Assembly: GCA_964016885.1 (NCBI GenBank)
Contig: OZ024755.1
Location: forward strand, 25,296,001 to 25,360,000
From: Eledone cirrhosa
Taxonomy: Eukaryota
DNA: 64,000 nt
Reading direction: 5' to 3'
Below are positions 54,646-64,000 of the stretch, one piece after another; the stretch's first letter is position 1, and each line of letters begins with the position of its first letter. The notes below the pieces were generated by a model, which saw nothing but the letters and a program-made list of their open reading frames with translations, was not told where the DNA came from and did no database searches. The translations under genes were made by a program, and so were the position numbers.

Positions 54646-55082
54646 AGTTTCTATTTATTTGCCACGAGGGCACAAAAGAAGGGGACAAATACAAGGGGGT
54701 GGGTTTGCATAAAGGAACGAGTAAAAAACAAATAAATATGAAATTAACAATACAGTCCTCAACAGGGAGGAGGCGTTTTGGGGGTTCCCCCCCCCCCCCG
54801 AAAAAGTGTGCAACTCTTTTCCTTAGGAGCACAGAGAGGGGGTGCTCCTTTGAACTTCCACCTTTCCACCTACAGGCTGATAAAGAGAGAAGGCCCATTC
54901 ACACGGACCATTCTCGCTACTTTCACCCACCTCTCATAAAACTTGCTGGGGTAGAGCACCTCTCTCTCTCCATTCTGATCCTTCTCTTAAAGTGGTATTT
55001 AAAGAAAAGGACCAGTTGTTATCCGGAGAGAAAGGTGTCCGACCTCAACCCTTTCAAACGTGTCCACAATAACACCTCTTTC
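54646..55082 (-). mobile_element. Tx1/L1-like LINE 3' end in (GATA)n
   Basis: Paralog of 9348-9780; GATA repeats on both sides. Confidence 0.75.
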
Positions 55083-55720
55083 AGATAGATAGATAGATAG
55101 ATAGATAGATAGTTAGATACGTAGGTAAGAAGATGGTGGGTAGATGTGTGGCTAGATTGATAAGTCGGTGACTAACTAGATATATAAGTAATTAACTAGA
55201 TCGATAGATAGATTGATAGGTAGATAGTTAGGTAGTTTGTGATAGATAGGTAAGTAGGAAGATAGTGGTTAGGTTGATAAGTAGGTAACTAACTATACAT
55301 ATTGATAGGTAAATAGGTAGCTAACTAGAACGATAGATAGAATAATAGGTACGTTGATAGGTAGTTTGTGATAGATAGATAAGATTGTGGGTAGATAGGA
55401 TAACAAGTGAGATTCATTAAATACCCCCTATAGTCAACATTTTCCAAAATATATAGAATGACGTTTTTTTTCTTTTATCACTTTTATTTCGGTTTTTGTT
55501 TACCTCACCGGTTCTTGCACATTGTGTTTCGTTTTTGCTTTACATCTTTGCTTTTTTTCCATATCTTTTATTCATTTGTTTGTTTGTTTTTTTGCATGTC
55601 AGAATTTTAATTATATTTTTTTGTATATTATATATTCATATCTTCATAATTTTGCGTGTCACTTCTTTTAAACTATATATATATACACACGTGTGTGTGT
55701 ATGATATATATATATGTATG

Positions 55721-55779
<59 letters not shown>

Positions 55780-55796
55780 GTGTATGTATGTACATG

Positions 55797-55835
<39 letters not shown>

Positions 55836-56138
55836 CATTTAATGTGCTGCTACAATTATCTTCCTCTGTAGAATTTAAGCTTTACATATCTATGTGTGTT
55901 GCATTTTTTGTTTTTGATTTCTTCTTTTCCTTTTTCTTCGTCTACATCTCCTTTTTCTTCATCATCATCTTCTTCATCATCTTTTTGTCTTATGCCACCA
56001 CTAATACCGCCATTTGTTGTGTGTCAGAAACCAACATGGCGTTGATGTAGACCGTGGGCGACGATTGGTAATGTGAGTTTAAGATGGATTGAGGTGATAG
56101 TGGCAAATACTTGTGGTGGTGGTGGTGGTGTTGGTGGC

Positions 56139-56200
<62 letters not shown>

Positions 56201-56335
56201 CAGTAGTGGTGGTGGTGTGGTGGTGGTGGCGGTGGTAGTGATGGTGCTGCTGATGAAATGTGGCAAAAACCTGTACTAGTAGTGGTTGTTGTAGGAGTAG
56301 TAGCAGTGGTGGTCATGAAATTATGGCAGTGACTT

Positions 56336-56416
<81 letters not shown>

Positions 56417-56467
56417 ATAATAATTTAATAAATAGCAAGAAAAGACATCAACAGCAATAATAACAAT

Positions 56468-56526
<59 letters not shown>

Positions 56527-56812
56527 GAAAACAATAAAAAATGAAGAAATATTTGCTGTTTTCTTCTATCTAGTAAGACAGTTTAATGTGTTCATGCTGT
56601 TTGGAAGCATGGCTATTATAGACTGGAGGAAAATTAGACGTAAATCGAAAAAAGATGTTAGAAATATTTGAGAACAAATACATATAGCAACGTAACCATT
56701 GCCCTGATTATAACTTCAGCTGCATATCAGCTCTCTTCATCACATATACACACACAAATGTATGTATATATATATATGTGTGTGTGTGTGTGTGAATAAA
56801 TATATATATGTA

Positions 56813-56853
<41 letters not shown>

Positions 56854-56896
56854 TTATGTGTGTGTGTGTGTGTGTGTGAATAAATATATATATGTA

Positions 56897-56944
<48 letters not shown>

Positions 56945-57058
56945 AATAAATATATATATATATAAGTACGTGTGTGTGTATCTATCTATCTATATATATA
57001 TATATATATATGAGTGTGTATATCTATATATATATATATATATATATGAGTGTGTATA

Positions 57059-57114
<56 letters not shown>

Positions 57115-57245
57115 TGTGTATATCACATGGACAAGTGTTGGCAAGTCGACATGTGTGAGTGATAGCGTTCATGTATCTACCTGAACATATATATATATAT
57201 ATACCCCTTTATCTCTGTATATGTGTGTATATATAAATATATAAA

Positions 57246-57303
<58 letters not shown>

Positions 57304-57311
57304 CACACATT

Positions 57312-57343
<32 letters not shown>

Positions 57344-57405
57344 TTTATATATATATATATATACACACACACATTTATATATATATATATATACACACAC
57401 ACATT

Positions 57406-57437
<32 letters not shown>

Positions 57438-57525
57438 TTTATATATATATATATATACACACACACATTTATATATATATATATACACACACATTTATAT
57501 ATATATATATATACACACACACATT

Positions 57526-57563
<38 letters not shown>

Positions 57564-57595
57564 TTTATATATATATATATATACACACACACATT

Positions 57596-57681
<86 letters not shown>

Positions 57682-57959
57682 GAGAGAGAGAGACTAACAC
57701 ACTCAGACAACACATACTGTTGTAGAAAGACAAACAATGTATAACTTACATATATATTATATAGGCATATATACTCAAGACACACATATATATCCAAGCA
57801 GCCGTCTCATCTATTAAACACACATACACACACTCTCAGTATATCTCTGTAGTTCATCATATCTATTTAACATACAGACGCACAAAAGCAGTCCCACACG
57901 ATATCTATGAGGCCTATCATATCTTATAAACACATGCTTACATATACATACATATATAT

Positions 57960-57992
<33 letters not shown>

Positions 57993-58186
57993 CATATACA
58001 CATACATACATTCATATATACATGCATACATACACACACACATATATATGCATATATACATACGTACATACATACTTACATACACACAGACAGATGCAGG
58101 TACACAATATATATATACGTGTGTGTATATATATATATATATATACGTGTGTGTATATATATATATATATATATACGTGTGTATAT

Positions 58187-58357
58187 AACGAAGGAAATGT
58201 GGTAAGGAACCAGGTGGACCATAACGCACTAAAGTACTCAATACTTAGGGTAGTAGAGTGGGTAATAGGAACCAGTAAGACCCCGACGGCTGAGCTCAAA
58301 CCGTTTCGACGGCTAATTCCAGGAATTAGCCGTCGAAACGGCTTGAGCTCAGCCGTC
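58187..58357 (-). mobile_element. Family A1 fold-back element
   Basis: Centre ctaattcc-a-ggaattag; tail to aacgaagg. Confidence 0.88.
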
Positions 58358-58363
58358 TATTAC

Positions 58364-58401
<38 letters not shown>

Positions 58402-58443
58402 GTGTGTGTATATATATATACGTATATATATATATATATATAC

Positions 58444-58474
<31 letters not shown>

Positions 58475-58523
58475 CGTGTGTATATATATATATATATACG
58501 TGTGTATATATATATATATATAC

Positions 58524-58579
<56 letters not shown>

Positions 58580-58624
58580 TACAGATCAGCACATCTATTC
58601 GTAGCTGACATACAATTTCTAGCT

Positions 58625-58845
58625 GCATCATTACATTACATTACATTACAGCGTTACATTTCAGCAATTCAACGTCACAACATTATGAAGTTACAACGTT
58701 ATCACGTTACAACGTTATAATATTACGACGTTACAACATTACAATGTTACAAGTTACAAGTTTACAATGTTACAAGTTTACAACATTACAACGTAACAAG
58801 TTTATAACGTTATAACGTTACAAGTTTACAACGTTACGTTACAAG
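58625..58845 (+). repeat. Degenerate ~8-bp (ttacaacg) tandem tract
   Basis: acaacgtt/acaagttt units. Confidence 0.75.
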
Positions 58846-59349
58846 GTAGACGTTCCACTGTAAACTACGTTGTTTGACATGCTCAGGGCTTTCACTAATT
58901 CTTCTAATTAAATTTTCTCATATTCCTGTCACTTCAGATTACATGTATGTGTGTGTGTATGTGTGTGTGTATATATGTGTGTATGCGTGCATATGTGCAT
59001 GTATATAAGCAAGTAGGTATGTAGGTGCGTATGTATGTAGCTACATATGTATGTATGTGTACATTTGGGTATATGTGTATGTGTGTTTCATAAGGCCACG
59101 TTGGCCTTAATATTTGGTATGTGGCTACCAGATAGATTAGAACTACATACTCTCTACTACACCGAATACTTAATCAAATGAACAAACAAGCTCTTCGTAT
59201 CAGAGCTCTTAAACGGGCAGATGGATAAACAGACAGATAGATAAACAGAGACAAATAGATAGACAGTGAGAGAGACAGACGGATAGATAGGTAGAGAGAG
59301 ACTGAATGACAGGCAGATAAATAGAGTCAGATAGATGTGTGTGTGTGTG

Positions 59350-59392
<43 letters not shown>

Positions 59393-60296
59393 TATTGAAT
59401 GTGCGTACGCACATACACACACACACACACACACATACACACAAACACATATATTCATTGGCACATGTAGTGGAAGTTGGTCCTCAGGGTTAACGAAACG
59501 TACGTACCCGGTATGGCACTGTTGTGTTAACTGGCCTTAAAAATCATATTCAAACTCAACCTAGGGACTTGAGTTTCTCTATACCTTGGATATGTTTACC
59601 TACCAATTAATGAGAGATATTTCAGAGGTAAATCCAGTTGGTATACTTCCGATCATCTTAGATTTAAATCATAGAGCATATATATGTTATATAAATAATT
59701 GATCCTAACGATTTCTTTATAAGGATATTGTCAGTAATATCCAAAGGGAATGATACACGTGTAAATCAAATAAATAATGCATTAACTGTTGAACTTGGTG
59801 GCTTATTTCTTTATATATATATATATAGAGAGAGAGAGAGATTACAATAACCAAAGTTCAGTTTAAGTCATTTATTTGCTTACAATTGTTTCCTCCAAAC
59901 CGAGGTTTGGATTCTTCGGAGCAACTATTTACTGATCTATAACATACTTGACCTCCTTTTCAACACAAGAGATACATAAAACATATGCGCATATTGATCA
60001 ACAGTGGGGTGACATTCATCAAATGATATAGCATGGCAATTTACATATAAAGGTTGCATGATAAAAATAAAATAAAAACAAGAATGAAAATAAAGATAAA
60101 CATGAAGCGTTGGCAGTCTATGAAGATAAAGCAAGAAGAAAGTTTAGATTAGTCAGTGTATGAAACAATCACACGTGTAGCATGCACGTAATAGGATAGT
60201 TAATTAATGACTATCTTTCACTATTTAGGGTTTGTATATATAATATATTACCATTAAAGGTTTTATTGCATACATAACCATAAATAGTACCCTTAA

Positions 60297-60334
<38 letters not shown>

Positions 60335-60371
60335 GTTAAGATCGATATTCAGTGATTTCGATCTGTGTGTG

Positions 60372-60668
60372 TGTGTGGCTTAGTAGTTAGGATTTTGATT
60401 CACAATCGTAATGTGGTGACTTAGCTTCTCGGTGATGTGTTGTGTCCTTGAGCAAGACATTATGTTACTCTGAACTGATCCATGCAACTAAAAATATGAG
60501 TTGTATCTGTAACTAGAAGTCTCTGCCTTGTCATACATACTGTAACGCTGAATCTCATTGTTAATTTTGTTAAGGCCACGTGTGTCTAGAATGCTCAGCT
60601 ACTTACACCTGGCTGTTCTGATGATCAAACAACTGGAATACTCATCGTGGAACCGACAGATGTCCAAT
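60372..60668 (+). mobile_element. SINE S2
   Basis: gtgtggcttagtagttagg..gtgtccttgagcaagacatt..aaacaactggaatactcatcg. Confidence 0.7.
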
Positions 60669-61084
60669 ACACACGCACGCTTGCATTAGTAGTTGCTAAG
60701 CTTTTATATCAACATTAACTTCAACTTTTCAAAAACCTCAGAAATTATTTATATTTAGATTTATCTTCATTTACGTTCAAATAGATTTAAGAAAACATTT
60801 CTTTTTTTATTAATTAGAAACACACGTATTAAACGTTTGTAAACAACATATCGAGAAATTCTAACATACATTTATAATGTTATTAAAGAGTACATAGGAA
60901 AAAAAGGAAATATAAAAAAGGTAAAGAAATGGGGAAGAGAAAGATTTTACATCCCTTAGCTGTACAGTATATCATAGCTGTACTTCACTAATAAGATAAT
61001 GAAAATATTGCCGAGGTGAACAGCCAGCGATACCTGCTGAAATTATTAAACGTTGGACAAGTACTGTGATTTAATAGAATCGAT

Positions 61085-61245
61085 AGAGCACCGGATATGC
61101 TTTTTTTTAAGGTCCAATTGCGACTAGTTTTGCTGTTCATTCTTCGGGGGTTGATAAAATAAAGTACCAATGAAAGACTGGACTCGATAGATACTTGACA
61201 TTCCTCTTCCCACAAAATCACTTGCCTTGGGCCTGAATTTCAAAA
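61085..61245 (+). mobile_element. SINE S1-related, degenerate
   Basis: ttcattcttcgggggttgataaaataaagtacca. Confidence 0.6.
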
Positions 61246-61935
61246 CATTTTTATAACGAGAAATAGGAACTAACTTCTCGGAAGTTTTCCAATTTTGTGT
61301 TTATGGCATTGGTAAAATTTAGGTTGAAAGATCTAAAATAAAAATTAAGTTCAAGTTTCTTTCATTGCTCTGCATCACTTCCGCTTTCTCTATAATTGAC
61401 CACGTCACTCACTTCCGCTTTCTCTACGAATTACTACGTCAATAAAATATTAATTTCTTAGACAGGTATAAGGGTAAAAATTTAGTTGAGGTGTATGTAT
61501 AGTCATATATATCAGTTCCAGTATATTACTGATATTTGCTGATTCAATGAGAAAGATAAAACGAATGCTCGTTCTGCAAAACATAGCAGCTAAATCTCCT
61601 ACATCGGATCCCTACAGCACCTCCACCCTTACCGTACCTGCTCAAGCATACGTACTTGCTTGTTGGCAACTCGAAAGGATTTGACTTCGCAAAGATTCAC
61701 ATTGTATATCACATAGACAGGGTAATTAAATAAAGGAGCAGGTATCTACCTACCTACCTACCTACCTATCTATCTTAATACTTAACTATCTACCTATCTA
61801 AATGTCTGTCTATCTAGCTATCTATCTCTCTACATACATACCTATCTATCTACTTATTTCTCTCTCTATATATATATATCTGCCATACACACGCATATGT
61901 ATGTGTGTAAGTACGGATATAAAAGGCACTCATAT

Positions 61936-61982
<47 letters not shown>

Positions 61983-62292
61983 TAATCATTGTCTGGATCA
62001 GATGAGGAGCCAAAATGATGGATGGGGTAAATATCAATGCATTTTAATGTCAGACTATGCAAGACCTTAGCAGGATTTAGAAGCCTCTGCAGTTTTCACA
62101 AACACCAATAGAGATATATTATTTGTCAGGGATAGTCTAACGAGTTCACAGCCTTTATGTATAGATGTGTACGTATATGTATGAAAGTATATATATATAT
62201 ATTGCTGTGAATGTATACATACGTATATACGTATGCATATATACATACATACATGCATATACATACATACATACATACATACATACATACAT

Positions 62293-62922
62293 GGTGGCTG
62301 CCAACTCGTTTTCGAGTACGGCCACTACTTTATATCCATGTAGGAGAACCCCTACCGATGCGCTGAACGAGTGATGACTTTTGAGTCCAGCCAGCGACTT
62401 GAAAACTCTGGTACAAACACTACACCTGTGACAATTATTGACACACAGTGCTGGGCCCATGGTACCATGTGATGACAAGTGCAGAGAGATCTCCAGATAT
62501 AAAGCAATGCCTGTGCCGTGAAGCTTTTATAGTGAGCAAAGGCATTGCACAAAGCCAGTCCCACTCTCTTAACCAAGATGATATTTACCAAAAAGAAGAA
62601 CAAGTCAACATCATTGGATACCATCAGGGTTGCAGGTGTTATATCAGAGTTTTCCTTCTCCTAGAATTCTGCCTTGACAAAGGCTAAGGGGTCATCTCTC
62701 CCGGTGATTTTGGAAGCCCGGTGATTTTGGAAGGCCATTGACTCTTAAGAGCTCCTTTGCCCTTTGACAGGTTTTGTTTTTAGTCCTGCAGGATGTCCAA
62801 AGTCACCCTCCTCACCAAGAAACCTTGGTGGGGTTGCCAGTTTAGTCGCCAACGACCCGACCATGAGACAGGTTGTACTGGGATACATGTTACCAGTAGC
62901 ACCAACTGGTGACCTGACACAA
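62293..62922 (-). mobile_element. Non-autonomous RTE-like element in (CATA)n
   Basis: C-terminal zinc-finger-like CSVCTRVFKSLAGLKSH; only ~630 bp; (CATA)n on both flanks. Confidence 0.65.
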
Positions 62923-63104
62923 ACATACATACATACATACATACATACATACATACATACATACATACATACATACATACATACATACATACATACATAC
63001 ACAAGCTAGACACGAAGACAAACATCACCAGAATACATATTACAGTAACATATCAGTTTAACGCTTAAAATAGAATTATATACGTGTATGTATATATGTA
63101 TATA

Positions 63105-63140
<36 letters not shown>

Positions 63141-63171
63141 CTCGTGGCACATACACACATATATATGTATG

Positions 63172-63202
<31 letters not shown>

Positions 63203-63238
63203 ATAAATATATGTATGTATATATATATATATGTGTGC

Positions 63239-63329
<91 letters not shown>

Positions 63330-63466
63330 CTAGCATGCATGAATATGCGTATCTGTTTGTTTATATGGATAGCTAGCTGTTTGCTCCTCCAGGCAGCAAC
63401 GAAACACATTTTGTATTCCTCAATCTAAAATCTAAAACACCTATGGGACAAACACACTCTACGAGT

Positions 63467-63497
<31 letters not shown>

Positions 63498-64000
63498 TAT
63501 GTATATATACATATATATACATACAGACACGTGTATATAGGTCGTTTGCTACCCCCGTATGTCTGTCTGTTCTTGTGTGTGGTCCATCTTCCTAGAGACT
63601 GTTGAGATTCTCATGCTTCTGAAATTAAGACTGAAAGCACATGAAGTAGTGCTATAGGTGTTCGGCTTACTATCACTTGTTCGTGAGTTCGATTCCCAGT
63701 GGTGCCTTGTGACATTGTCTGAGGTCGATCACCTTGGAACATGAGAAATGTCGTGTGGAGCAGGAAACATTAAAGAGGGGCCCGTGTAATATGACTTTAT
63801 CGTGCAATCGGGTGTGACCGCGTTTGCCTCACTAAAGCAAGTCTTACTACTACCACCACCACCACCACCACTGCTACTACTGTTATTACTGCTACCACCA
63901 CCATCACCACTACTAGTACTACTACCACTACTCCCCATTCAGCTTCAGAATGCAAAAAGAAGATGTAATAACATAAATTCTTAACAGTTACCATAGCAAC

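Overview
AT-rich, repeat-saturated eukaryotic non-coding DNA. The SINE families and extreme microsatellite load fit an octopod cephalopod (recognition by eye, not a database result). No ORF in the supplied track is a credible gene; they are microsatellite or minisatellite read-throughs or decayed LINE fragments. Ordinary content: ~25 copies of a ~190-bp tRNA-derived SINE (several with clean 12-19 bp TSDs), two other SINE families, Tx1/L1-like and RTE-like LINE fragments, several minisatellites, a 200-N gap and at most a few candidate micro-exons. The main signal sits in short unique islands inside (TA)n tracts. More than 20 islands from many sequence-divergent families share one architecture: (TA)n, inverted arm, fold-back, unit, ACTC...GAGTRCT stem-loop, ~50-70 nt tail, (TA)n. 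At least six loci carry a minimal type-I hammerhead ribozyme with variable stem II and a palindromic 6-nt stem III. The best reading is a diverse, (TA)n-targeting, Penelope-like non-autonomous retroelement/ribozyme system.
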